Shown piece after piece: positions 51,488 through 63,206 of a stretch of 64,000 nucleotides of DNA. Every line of letters begins with the position of its first letter. Positions within the stretch are counted from its first letter, which is position 1. A program made the position numbers and the translations under genes. The stretch covers positions 26,822 to 90,821 of IMG/VR virus record IMGVR_UViG_3300019776_000365; one strand, given 5' to 3'. Under the pieces are notes generated by a model. The model saw only the letters and a program-made list of their open reading frames with translations, ran no database searches and was not told where the DNA came from. This DNA is from a virus.

Positions 51488-51598
51488 CAAATTTAACCAA
51501 CATATATAGGGTATTACTTTTTTTGTGCAATACTTTTATATGTTGGTTATTTTGTTTATATTTGGTAACAAAATAAAATAAATTAATAACACTAATAT

Positions 51599-53980
51599 AT
51601 GCAGTGATTAAGTACATTTCCACAGCAAAAGCTTCCATTCAATAAAAAAAATAGAGAGTGGAGAATGAAGCACTGCGACTGAGCAGACAAAAAGATTTAC
51701 TTTTATGACAACTCCGTTAGAAAGTCATTCATTCGTAAAAGAGTAAACTACAATCTTGTAAATGGCTATTTGGATTTAACTGATATGACAATGGTTTTAA
51801 ATCCAGATAATATAGATGCCAGTTATATTCCAGAGAACATAATGCACTACAATATAATGCAATCTTATTTGAATGTTCTTAAGGGCGAAGAAGCAAAGCG
51901 TAGTTTTGATTGAAAACTTATAGTAACAAATCCAAATGCTATATCTGAGATTGAAGAAAATCGCAAGAATGAATTTATGCAAAAACTTCAAGAATCTATC
52001 CAATCGGAATATCCAGATGAAGAGTCTTTTAATAAAGAGATTCAAGATATGCAATACTTTTTTAATTATGAATGGCAAGACATTAGAGAAGAACGTGGTA
52101 ATCTACTATTAAATCACTATATAAAAGAACTTGATATTAAACTTAAGTTTAATCAAGGGTTTGGTGATGCTATGTATGTTGGAGAAGAGATTTACCAATG
52201 TGACATAGTAGGAGGAGAGCCGACTTTTGAAAGGATGAATCCACTCAAAATTCATATGTTTAAGAATGGATATTCTAATAGATTTGAAGATGCTGACATT
52301 TTGGTATATATAGATTTCTGGCAACCAGGTCGTATTATAGATACATTCTATGATGTATTAACTGATAAAGATATTGAGTTTATTGACAATATGCCTCAAA
52401 TATACTACTCAGATAATAATGCAAATATAGATGAAAGAAACTCATTCTTGAATCTATCTGATATGAATGGATTTGAGAATGGGGAAGGCTCTGTTATTGA
52501 AAACTATAGTATATTTGCGCAGAATGTAGGCGCAGCAGCAACAACTAATTATTATGATAATAACGGTAATATCCGTGTTATACGTGTATATTGGAAGTCT
52601 AAGCGTAAGATTAAGCAAGTTAAATGGTTCGACCCAGAGACTGGCGATGAAAGATTTGACTTTTATCCAGAGACTTATAAATGCGATAAAGATTTAGGTC
52701 AAGAAGAGTCTGTATTTTGGATTAACGAAGCATGGGAGGGTACTAAAATAGGTAGAGATATTTATGTTAATATGCGTCCTAGGATTGTGCAATACAATAG
52801 GATGTCAAATCCATCAAGATGTCACTTTGGCATAGTAGGATCTGTTTACAACCTGAATGATAACAAGCCATTATCGATGGTTGATATAATGAAACCATAC
52901 GCTTATTTATATGATGTTATACATGATAGATTAAATAAAGCAATAGCTGCCAACTGGGGTAAATTAGTTAAACTAGACTTAGCTATGATACCGAAAGGCT
53001 GGGAGGTTGACAAATGGCTGTATTATGCAAAGATAAATCATATAGCTGTAGTAGATAGTTTTAAAGAAGGTAATATTGGAGCAGCTACTGGGAAGTTGTC
53101 AGGTATGCTAAATAATCAATCATCTGGTGTTATTGACGCTGAAACTGGTAATTATATACAACAGCATATAAATCTACTACAGTTTGTTAAAAATGAAATG
53201 GCAGATGCTTGTGGTATATCAGATCAACGGAAGGGGCAAATATCAGCATCAGAGACCGTAGGAGGCGTAGAAAGGGCGACATTGCAATCTTCTCATATAA
53301 CTGAGTGGTTATTCCTAACACATGATAACGTCAAAAAGAGAGCCTTAGAATGCTTTCTAGAAACTGCTAAGATTGCATTAAAAGGTCAGAATAAAAAGTT
53401 TCAATATATACTAAGTGATGGATCGTCTAAATTTATTGACATAGATGGTGATGAATTTAATGAGTGTGATTATGGGTTGGTATTAGATAATTCAATAGAG
53501 TCTAAAAACCTTAAGGAAAATCTTAATCAGTTAGCACACGCAGCATTGCAAAATCAAACGTTATCATTCTCTTCTATAATGAAAATTTACTCATCTCCAT
53601 CATTGTCTGAAATACAAAGAATTATTGAGAAAGACGAAAAAAATATTCAAGAAAGAAAGTCTCAAGAACAACAGCAAGTGCAACAAATGCAACAACAGCA
53701 ACTTCAATCAAATATGCAAATAACTCAAGCTAAAATAGATCATGAGACTCTGTTAAACAACAATGATAACGAGACTAAAATCCTTATTGCAGAAATACAG
53801 GCTGGATCTAATAACGAAGAATCCACCAGAGAGGATCTAATGGAAAAAATCAGACAATTTGATGAAAAAATGAATTTACAAAAAGAACAGTTAAGTCATC
53901 AAATAAATCATGACAACGAGGTTAATCGCATGAAAGAAAAGTCGCTTGAAATGCAAAAACAAAATAAAAATAGAAAATAA
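51599..53980 (+). CDS. portal protein (793 aa with TGA=Trp)
   Basis: ATG 51599 is in frame with ORF 51977; TGA at 51605, 51680 and 51911 (FPQQKLPF..K...WR....D*AD; RSFD*KLIVTNPNAIS); follows terL; Gln-rich coiled-coil C-terminus. Confidence 0.88.
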
Positions 53981-54270
53981 TGAATTCTACATCAAGAGGA
54001 GTTAATAATAAATACTCTACTGCACAAATAGGAACTCCAAAAATAACAAAATCTTTGTTAGTTGGAGTTTATAATGAATTTAGTGATTGTTTTGTTAGCG
54101 TGTACAATCCAAATGAAACATACTCAAAATTATTTGTATATAACACAAGTAAAGATCCAATTGATATTGGTAAAACATTTCCACCTGGGTACAATGAGTT
54201 CATATATATACCTAATGGGTGAACTTTAGAAGTTGCTACAAACACATTAGAAGTTACAGTTCAGGTTTAG
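53980..54270 (+). CDS. hypothetical structural protein (96 aa with TGA=Trp)
   Basis: TGA at 54220 (IPNG*TLEV), TAG at 54268. Confidence 0.65.
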
Positions 54271-54279
54271 AATTGACAT

Positions 54280-54513
54280 ATGGAATGAACTGATGACAAA
54301 ATATTACACTACCGTATTGGATATAAATTTGGAAGATATGGTAGTGTTTTTGGATTATTAATTATATCAATTATACTGGCACATGTAAAAGAAATATGTG
54401 ATTTAATTAGAAATAAAATATTTAATAAAAAATATTATTTTGAAATTAATGATTATATTTCTAGTGTAATTGGAGCATTTTATGGAATGTTGTTTGAAAA
54501 GAAAAAATACTAA
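54280..54513 (+). CDS. small membrane protein (77 aa, TGA at codon 3), absent from the ORF track
   Basis: ME*TDDKILHY...LAHVKEICD; DKxxH...KExxD pattern; fills the gap. Confidence 0.65.
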
Positions 54514-54526
54514 AATAAAATAATAA

Positions 54527-57397
54527 ATGGCTAATAAAAAATTAAGCGAATCGCCAGATCTATTAGCTGGCGATATTGGATCAACAACCAAGATAGTTGC
54601 TTTATCTGGTGTTGTAAGCCAAAATGTAAACATACCAATAGATGAGTTTGTTAATGATAGTTTAACATCTACTAACAAATATCAAGCATTAAGTGCAAAT
54701 CAAGGTAAAACACTTGATAATAAAAAGATAGATAAAACGTCAATAGAAAATTCTCTAATATCAACAGATAGTACAAAAGTATTATCAGCAAATCAAGGTA
54801 AATCGCTAAAAGATTCATTTGATACTTTGTCTACAAATTTATCATCACATACGCATAATGGAACTAATGCACAAAAAGTAGATCATGTTAACCTATTAAA
54901 TAAAGGAATTCTTACACACGAGCAACTAGATACTGCGTTTAATATCAACACTGGACACAAACATGATGGATCTGATAGTAGAAAGATAAGCCATATAGAT
55001 CTATTAAATATTGGTACTAATACACATAATCAAATTGACAATACATTAATAGATTTACAAACACAAATACAAGATATTGAAGGTGGTATATTAGGTGGTA
55101 TTGCTTATAATGATCCAGCCCCTACACCTGGCAAATCTGGTAAATATTCCTTTACTTCCGCTGGTGTATGTAGTTGAATTACGGGTACACCTACTGTAAA
55201 GATAGGGGATGAAGTGTTGGTTACTTTTACTGCTCCAAGTACTTATGCTTATAAGTGGTTAGATACAGGGAGTAACTATGCTATAAAGTCAATAGTAGAC
55301 AGCGATCAAAGAATTAAAAATGCAGTTTTACAATTGAGGAATACAATCGATTTGTCTGAAGTCATATGGTCTAATATAATATTTGCGAACAATGGTTATA
55401 ATATGGGTAATGCAGATTACACGGCAAGCACTAATTATATTGCAATCCCTCCGGGAGAATATTATATTAGAATAAAAGAAGGTTATAGATTTAGTTGTGT
55501 TGAACAGGATGCCGGTAATATTGGTGCTGCTGCGGATAATTTATTGGTTAGTACGTATGGAAAAAGCCAAACAATAACTGTGACGAAAAGTTATATTCGA
55601 TTGCAGATAGTAAAATGGACTAATGACGCAATTGATGAATCTATTGTATTTGACATTTCTGATTTGACTGATATTATCGAAACTATTCAGGTATTAGAAA
55701 AAAAAGATAGAATATCTAATATAGAAGATACCGTCAAAATAAAACAAGATGTACTAACGGACGGTAGTGTAACAGACAGTTTATTAAAGTCATCATTTAT
55801 TAAACAGCAACAAAAATCTTTTGCTGTATCTAAATTAGAACTGATACCTAGCGACAACATCAATTTACTATCAACGTCTTCAAATACCGCATATGTTAGA
55901 GGGAAGAACTTTTGCGCAAATTCATTTGGTTCTGGTGATGGCGTCACATTGGTATCTCAAACAGCATCTCATACAGATATACTGGTTTCATCAGGGTTAT
56001 ATAGGGCATTTTATATGCCGTATCAGCAGTATCCAGCCGGTATGTTTACGGCTTCTACGGAAATCGAAATTTTGTCTGGAGTGGTAACTGAGCAAATGTA
56101 CTTATATTTTGATGATACTGCGGTTGCATTAACATTAGACCAAAATGATAACAAATACAAAGGACACATCTCTAAAGAAATATTAACCCAGAACTTGAAA
56201 AGACCATTTATCCAATTTTCAATGGGTAATGCTACTAACGAGCTTACTTGCCGTGTCAGGATACAAGTTGAGTCAGGTTCATATGTAAGTTTTATTGAGG
56301 ATTATGTAGGGCAAGACGTTATATTATCACCTAATGTTGCAAGCAAGTTAGATGCTGATAATTATATATGGATATTTGGCAATGGATATAACTTATCTTA
56401 CTATAGTGATATTATTTATAATACGACAAATAGGGTGGTATGTTGGGGTGACTCATTGACCGCTGGGGCTGGTAGTAATATTTTAAAACCTGTTTCAGAT
56501 ATAAATACAGATACAAGCTACCCAGCAGTTTTAGGGAGACTGTTGACTAATAAAAAACAGGTGGTGAATATGGGTGTCGGTGGTGAAACATCTTGGATGA
56601 TAGCCGCAAGACACGGTGCAATTCCAGTTAGTGTATTACCAACAACGATTCCATCTTCAACTAATGCTGTTAGAGTATATTTGAAAGGCAAGGAGCAGGA
56701 TTTCTATTATGTTAATGGTGATTGGACATATTTAAAAGACAATTTGTCGTATAATATAGATACAACAGGAGTAAATCCGTGTTATATAAACGGAATAAAA
56801 GGAAATTTAAGTCGTATGTTGTTGTCAGTTGGAGAGCCTGATCCAGAAACAGGAGAAACCGTTCAGTCATCTACATACGCTTACTATTTTACAAGGGAAG
56901 AAGCAGGAGATATTTCAGCATTTACATATCCAAAACAGTTAGTGACATTTGCGTCATCAGAATACAGAAATGATATTCAAGTAATTTGGATGGGTCAAAA
57001 TGATGCTCCAAATCATGACGGTCAGTATGTATTGCAGGTTGGATCTTATAATAGAGCGAGAGCTATGGCAGACCACTGTATTGCGAATGATAAGAGATTT
57101 ATCGTTATGAATGCACCTGCTGGGGATGATTTAAATAACGCTGTCATTGATCAGCAATACGCTTTAGAATTTGGGAATCACTTCATAAATATACGTAAAT
57201 ATATTTGTGAGTTTGGGGTGGATATAGCAAATAGTATGGGCGCCGGAATAACATTAGATGCTAACGATCTTGCATTGGTGGAGGCTGGATCTATTCCATA
57301 TGCATTTCGTATTGATGGAGTACATGGCAACTATTGGTATTATCAAATTGTAGCTAAGGCTGTATTTGAAAAAGGGAACGATTTGGGGTATTGGTAA
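54527..57397 (+). CDS. tail fibre/spike with C-terminal SGNH hydrolase domain (956 aa with TGA=Trp)
   Basis: ORFs 54527 and 55214 are in frame across TGA 55175. LSANQGK.L repeats and H-x-H motifs; WGDSLT, GVGGETS, GQND, DGVH. Confidence 0.8.
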
Positions 57398-57515
57398 TAA
57401 TATTATATTATATTATATAATGTTACAAAACACTCTATATTTTAAAGAAGATTAATGCTATTACATACGCAATTATATTTCGGAACTATAAAATAAATTT
57501 AATACATATGAATAA

Positions 57516-57776
57516 ATGATTTTAATAAATAAAATGCTACCAGACTCACAATGTGGCATCTGTCTTAAAAATAAATATGAATATTATACGTACAATCAGA
57601 CAAGTTCTGATTGTATATGTAATAATATAGCTGGTTATACAATAGGATATTTAAATAATGGTACTTATATATTGCCATATATGAATACCAATAATAATTA
57701 CATCATTAACACTGCCAATGAAAGTATTTGTTTGATGACAAACGTTCTAATGACTTATCGTATTAATACTTTTTAA
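57516..57776 (+). CDS. hypothetical protein
   Basis: 86-aa ORF, weak support. Confidence 0.35.
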   Translation: MILINKMLPDSQCGICLKNKYEYYTYNQTSSDCICNNIAGYTIGYLNNGTYILPYMNTNNNYIINTANESICLMTNVLMTYRINTF

Positions 57777-57920
57777 TTTAAATTTCATAAAATGGCATTA
57801 GAAATAACAAATGAAGTCCAATGATAATTAGATTCATTGTAAAATGAATTAAAAACATTTGTGTACACTAATGATATATCAAAAATAATAGATAGATAAA
57901 TATATAATAATCAATATAAT

Positions 57921-58058
57921 ATGCAATTTATAAGATTTGGACATTTATTGTCTAGTATAAAAAACAAAATAGATATTGACTCATTAATATGGATACTGAC
58001 AACTGGGTTTTGGGATGACATTGGAGTTTGAGATGATGATGATACTTGGATAGATTAA
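57921..58058 (+). CDS. small Trp/Asp-rich protein (45 aa with TGA=Trp), absent from the ORF track
   Basis: WILTTGFWDDIGV*DDDDTWID; TGA 58029 falls exactly on the 6-residue Trp periodicity. Confidence 0.7.
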
Positions 58059-58078
58059 AAATAATATAAAAATAATAC

Positions 58079-59476
58079 ATGGCAAGGCAAGAAATATTAA
58101 ACGGACAAACAGGTGCGTCAGTTAGAGATTCATTGAACAGTATGACAGATGAACTATATAGAACTAAAGTAGATGTTGTAGATTTACCAGTATCTAATGA
58201 TATAGTAATACTAAGCGAAAACGGTGGTATAAGTGATTCTGGGAAATCATTTTCCACAGATGGCTCTTTGTCAAATAATAGTGATTTTGAAATTCCAACC
58301 GTAAGGGCTGTAAAAACATATTCAGACACAAAGGTGACTGCAAATTTATCCATTGTTGGAGCAACAAAAACAAAGGTTTCTTATGATTCAAAAGGTCTTA
58401 TCACCAATGGTTCTGATGCAACAACAGCTGATATTGCGGATTCAACTAATAAAAGATATGTGACTGATAACAATTTGGCTGTTATTGTCAACACAAGTGG
58501 CGTAAATTCAGGCGACGAAACAAATAGTTCTATCATTACAAAGATTGGTTATACACCGGTTAATAAAGCTGGAGATACAATGTCAGGTGCTTTGATTGCT
58601 CCATCCATAAATGTGACTGGTCAATCAGTAACACAATCTGCATTTAATATTTTGGCAGGATCTCAAAAATATATACCAACATCTGGTGATTTTGAGAATA
58701 ATGGCAGAGCGTTATTGTATACAAAATCAGGCGCAACGAAAACTACAATCCCAGGAGTGTTGTATACAGCAAATGCAGCACAAGTTATTGCAAACACAAC
58801 TACAGAAACAACATTATTTGCACCTAAAACCGCAACTGGTATTGTAGGAATTTCAAATAGTACAACCGTGACTGGTACTAATACTTTATTTACTACTGAA
58901 TTACAAGTAGGCGCATTAATTAGAGTAGGCACCGAAAGGCGCATAGTTACTTCAATTGTATCAAACACTTCATTGACGGTAGGTACAGCATTTACACAAG
59001 GTTCTTTGTCTGGTCAAACATTGACTTATAAATCAACTGTTATTAGAGCAAATGATTTATACAGTGGTGCTCAGATTAGAATTAAAATGAGCGGTATTGT
59101 TTCAACTGGCTCACCAACGTCATCTGCTACATTATATTTGAAATTAATCAAAGGAGATGGTACTGAAACTGCATTAAACACTGTAAGTGAGGGATTGGCT
59201 AATAACATGACTAATTATTACTTTGATAAAGATATTGTATTAACCTGTAGGACAACTGGAGAAACTGGTACTATAATCCATCAAGGAAGAAGTCAACTGT
59301 GTAAATCAGATGGTGCTAACTTCTCAATGTTACCATTGACCGCAACAACACCAACTACAGTTGATACAACGGTAGATCAATTTGTAGAATTATCGTTCAA
59401 ATGGGCTGCAGCAAATGCGTCAAATACTATTACAGTAAGTAATTCAAGTATTGAAATGATTGGAGGGGTATTGTAA
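58079..59476 (+). CDS. tail fibre-like structural protein
   Basis: I.NG.TGA.VR..LN N-terminus, TK..YDSKGL, GYTPVNKAGDTM, VTGTNT.FTTEL.VG; Thr/Ser-rich. Confidence 0.75.
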   Translation: MARQEILNGQTGASVRDSLNSMTDELYRTKVDVVDLPVSNDIVILSENGGISDSGKSFSTDGSLSNNSDFEIPTVRAVKTYSDTKVTANLSIVGATKTKVSYDSKGLITNGSDATTADIADSTNKRYVTDNNLAVIVNTSGVNSGDETNSSIITKIGYTPVNKAGDTMSGALIAPSINVTGQSVTQSAFNILAGSQKYIPTSGDFENNGRALLYTKSGATKTTIPGVLYTANAAQVIANTTTETTLFAPKTATGIVGISNSTTVTGTNTLFTTELQVGALIRVGTERRIVTSIVSNTSLTVGTAFTQGSLSGQTLTYKSTVIRANDLYSGAQIRIKMSGIVSTGSPTSSATLYLKLIKGDGTETALNTVSEGLANNMTNYYFDKDIVLTCRTTGETGTIIHQGRSQLCKSDGANFSMLPLTATTPTTVDTTVDQFVELSFKWAAANASNTITVSNSSIEMIGGVL

Positions 59477-59490
59477 TAAAAAACATTATT

Positions 59491-60078
59491 ATGACAAAAT
59501 ATTTATATATATCTATTATAGTTGTTATTTGCTTATTGGCTTCAACACTGTTTTATCAGTATGTTAAGATTAAAGACTTAAATGTAAAATATATTACAGA
59601 AGCAAATAACTATAAAGCATCTATTGACAATTCAATAAAACTGAAACTAACAATAGACCAGCTGGAATTACAGAATGATTCTATATCAAAAAAAATAGAT
59701 TCAGTAATTTTATCTAATAAGATTAAATCAAAAACAATATCTAGTGTATCATATATAAAACAAAAAGTATCAAAAAAAGATACATTAATAATAAGTGATA
59801 CTATATTTGTAAAAAATCTAAACCTTGACACAGTTATTGTTGATAAATGGAGTCGTATTAAAATAGTTCTTAAATACCCATCTATAATCGCTTTAGAACA
59901 ACAATTTACCAATGAGCAATACATTGTTTCATCTGTAAAAAAAGAGACCGTAAAACCAAAAAAGATATGACCATTGTGTATATTTCAAAAGAAGCAATTA
60001 ATAGAAAGAGTTTCAATATTCAATTCTAACCCATATGTCACAAATAAAGAGCAAAGATATATAAATATAATTAAATAA
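59491..60078 (+). CDS. membrane-anchored coiled-coil protein, spanin-like candidate (195 aa with TGA=Trp)
   Basis: N-terminal TM segment; TGA 59968 (KPKKI*PLCIFQKK...NPY); stop 60076 abuts the next gene. Confidence 0.65.
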
Positions 60079-60084
60079 AAATAC

Positions 60085-60483
60085 ATGATTACAACAGCGT
60101 TTCTAACACAATTTATTTTACCAGCATTACTTATGATAGCAACATCGTGGGTAACTTGATTTTTTAGCAAAAAAAAAACAAAAGAAGAAGTTGAAGTCCA
60201 AGAGTTAGATACAGAGTCTAAAGAAATAGATAATCTAAAAAAATTGATAGAAACACTTCAGGGGGAAATCACCAGACTAAATGGAGTGCAAACAAATTTA
60301 GTTGAAAGAATAGAAACATTAGAGAAAAAGTTAGAACAAAAAGATATAACTATTGATTCTAAAGATAAACTAATTCAAAGAAAAAAGTTAGTTATATCTC
60401 AATCTTATAAATGTAAATATTCAGAAGAGTGTCCTGTTTTAAAAAAGCATATAGAGCTAGGGGGTAATAATGAGTTATTTTAG
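60085..60483 (+). CDS. holin-like membrane protein (132 aa with TGA=Trp)
   Basis: ATG 60085 is in frame with ORF 60244; TM segment ending SWVT*FFSKKK (TGA 60157), then coiled coil; overlaps the endolysin start. Confidence 0.6.
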
Positions 60484-60865
60484 CATAAAAGAATTAGAGC
60501 ATAGCGATAAAGCAATTAAATTAGGTATAGATAATTCTATACCTAATGAGCTTTTATCAAATGTAAATAAACTGATAAATACTCTTGATATAATAAGAGA
60601 AAAGTATGGTAAGCCAATAACTGTTACATCTGGATATAGATGTAGCAAATTAAATAAAGCTGTTGGTGGTGAAAAGACATCGGCTCATATGATGGCTAAT
60701 GCCGCTGATATAACTTGCGATGACAATAAAAAGTTATACAATACTATAATATTGTTGCGTAAAATTGGCAAGATAAAATACGACCAAAATATAAATGAAA
60801 AGAATTATGCATGAATTCATATTAGCACGGATGGTAGATTTAGATCACAGGATTTTTCTTTATAA
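60470..60865 (+). CDS. endolysin, peptidase M15 family (131 aa with TGA=Trp)
   Basis: YF...EL..S, SGYRC..LN.AVGG...SAH....AAD, then NYA*IHIS (TGA 60812), which restores the W-x-H motif. Confidence 0.9.
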
Positions 60866-60931
60866 CGATAGGTGAAATGATTATTTAGTTATTACGCATA
60901 ACTCAATTGCAATATATCGAAATTAATAAAT

Positions 60932-60962
60932 TTTGATTTTTAAATATCATTTTATACCTTTG
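60932..60962 (+). promoter_or_regulatory. Bacteroidota sigma70-type promoter for the capsid operon
   Basis: TTTG-N19-TACCTTTG. Confidence 0.7.
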
Positions 60963-60997
60963 CAGAAATTATAAACTTAATAAGGGAGAAGTTTTAA

Positions 60998-62188
60998 ATG
61001 GAGAATTATATTAAAGTATGTTTTTTAACTTTTGATGCAGATGATGGACTGTCAATGGATAATATCTTTGATGATTCAGCATCTGATAGTGTTTTTGGTG
61101 AGGATACACCAGAAGAATCAAATGATCAAAACGATCTATTTGATAATAATGAAGAAAATAAATCAGCCGATGTGGAGGTAGATGCGGATAAGATATTCGA
61201 TGAAAATAATCCACAGGGGAACGTAGGCGAAGAAGATAGTCAAGAAGAGGTAGAAAAGCCAGAATCTAATAAAACAGATGAAGGTTCTTCTCCCAAAAGT
61301 ACATTTTATTCTTCCGCCTTGAAAGCCCTAAAGGATGATGGCGTTCTACCAGACCTTGACGATGATTTTATCAAAACAGCAGACTCTCCAGAAAAGATGG
61401 CTGAAGCTATTGAAAAACAAGTAGAAGCTAGACTATCTGAAGCAGACAGGCGAATTAAACAAGCATTAGACTATGGTGTAGAACCTGACGAGATTAGTTA
61501 TTATGAAGGAATAATTTCTAAACTTAGTGGTATTAATGAAGAGACAATTTCTGGTGAAGATGACAAATCCATGGATATTAGAAGACAGATTATATATCAG
61601 GATTACATCAATAAGGGCTTTTCAGAACAGAAGGCTAAACGAGAAGTTGAGAAATCATTTAACGCAGGTACTGATATAGATGATGCTCAAGAAGCTCTTG
61701 AAAGCAACAAGCAATTCTTTCAAGAGTCATATAATAACTTAATAAATAAAAACAAAGAACAGACGGAGGAATTAAAAAGAATCAGAGACAATCAAATTAA
61801 CGAATACAAAAAGAAAGTATTAGAGAATGAATCTCCATTTGGAGTTAAGGTCGATAAAAATTCTAGGCAGAAAATATTAGATATTTCTACTAAACCTACA
61901 TACAAAGCAGAAGACGGTAGGTTAATCACAGAACTGCAGAAATATCGGTCAGAAAATCCAATTGATTCAGAGTATTATTTTAGCTTATTTTACACAATGA
62001 CTGACGGATTTAAAAATATTGATAAATTCGTTGGACAAAAGGTTACACAAAAAACAAAATCTAGTCTAAAAGACTTAGAGAATAAATTAAAGAATATTCC
62101 ACTTAATGGAGATGGTTCTGTTGATTTTGGGTTTGGTTCTGATGATGACCAGTCGTTCTTTGGCAAAGGTCTTAAATTGAACATATAA
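60998..62188 (+). CDS. acidic protein preceding the MCP (scaffold-like)
   Basis: Very acidic N-terminus, coiled coils, located directly before the capsid gene. Confidence 0.7.
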   Translation: MENYIKVCFLTFDADDGLSMDNIFDDSASDSVFGEDTPEESNDQNDLFDNNEENKSADVEVDADKIFDENNPQGNVGEEDSQEEVEKPESNKTDEGSSPKSTFYSSALKALKDDGVLPDLDDDFIKTADSPEKMAEAIEKQVEARLSEADRRIKQALDYGVEPDEISYYEGIISKLSGINEETISGEDDKSMDIRRQIIYQDYINKGFSEQKAKREVEKSFNAGTDIDDAQEALESNKQFFQESYNNLINKNKEQTEELKRIRDNQINEYKKKVLENESPFGVKVDKNSRQKILDISTKPTYKAEDGRLITELQKYRSENPIDSEYYFSLFYTMTDGFKNIDKFVGQKVTQKTKSSLKDLENKLKNIPLNGDGSVDFGFGSDDDQSFFGKGLKLNI

Positions 62189-62207
62189 CCAATTAATATA
62201 AAAAGAA

Positions 62208-63206
62208 ATGGCAGGACAATTAGGTAAATTTCAAATGTTGGGGTTTCAATCTTGGAAGGGATTGACAAAAAACAACCACATTGGAGCGATTTACAATGCA
62301 CAACCACAGAGAGCTACAAACCTTATGGTTCAATTGCTAGCTACTCATCGTGGTAAAACTCTTGAAGATTATTTAAAACAATTCCCAACTAAATATTTCG
62401 ACACAGATGACGATTATTTTTGGGAGATCATCGGTAGTTCTCGTCGTAACTACCCACTTGTAGAAGCTCGTCACGCAGATGGCTCTGTAGTTGATGGTAA
62501 TGAATTTGCAGGTGTAGCTGGAGCTCCGTTTTACTTGGTATTTTCAGAAGACTGGGTGGCTGACGGAGAAACTATTGTTGGAGAAAAAAATGAAGTATAC
62601 CCTATTAGAAATCTTGGTGAAGCAAGAATGGAGGGTACAAATGCGGTATATAAAGTAGAACTGATGGGTGGAGTACTTGATGGTATTCCAGCAGAAGAAT
62701 TGGCTATGGGTAAACGATTCTCTTGGGAATATGCTCCTGTAGAATCTACTCGCTCTAAAGGCGTTGGTGGTGTTCGTTATACTAGCCCTGTGGCAATGCG
62801 TAATGAGTGGACTACACTTCGTATTATGGAGCGTGTGCCTGGCAATATGCTTAACAAAAAGCTAGCAGTAGGTATACCAGTTATTGATAACGAAGGTAAA
62901 AAACTCGTACATAGTATGTGGATGCACCACGTCGAATTCAAGGTTGAAGAAACCTTCTCAGAATACAAATGCAACGCTATTATGTACGGTAAATCAAACC
63001 GTAACTCTAATGGTGAATACCTAAACTTTGGTAAATCAGGTGAAGTTATTAAGATGGGTGATGGTATTAGAGCTCAAATGGAAGTGGCTAATACAATCTT
63101 CTATAATGATAACACTGATATTTTAAAACTTATTGAAGACGCTTTGTACGAACTGTCTGAAAGCAAACTTGGATTTTCAGATCGTAAGTTTGTGCTTCGT
63201 ACTGGT
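62208..63206 (+). CDS. major capsid protein, exon 1
   Basis: WKGLT..NH.G, R.YPLV, GEKNE.Y, MRNEWTT.R, G.GIR.Q; the coding frame hits TAG soon after FVLRTG, where intron features begin. Confidence 0.85.

Noticed and set aside
54527-59476. Diversity-generating retroelement or invertible tail-fibre cassette
   Set aside because: No reverse transcriptase, recombinase or template/variable repeat pair seen in the window.
2408-60815. Purine bias after recoded TGAs (18 of 22)
   Set aside because: First codon positions are purine-rich anyway, and the sample is too small to claim a readthrough context signal.
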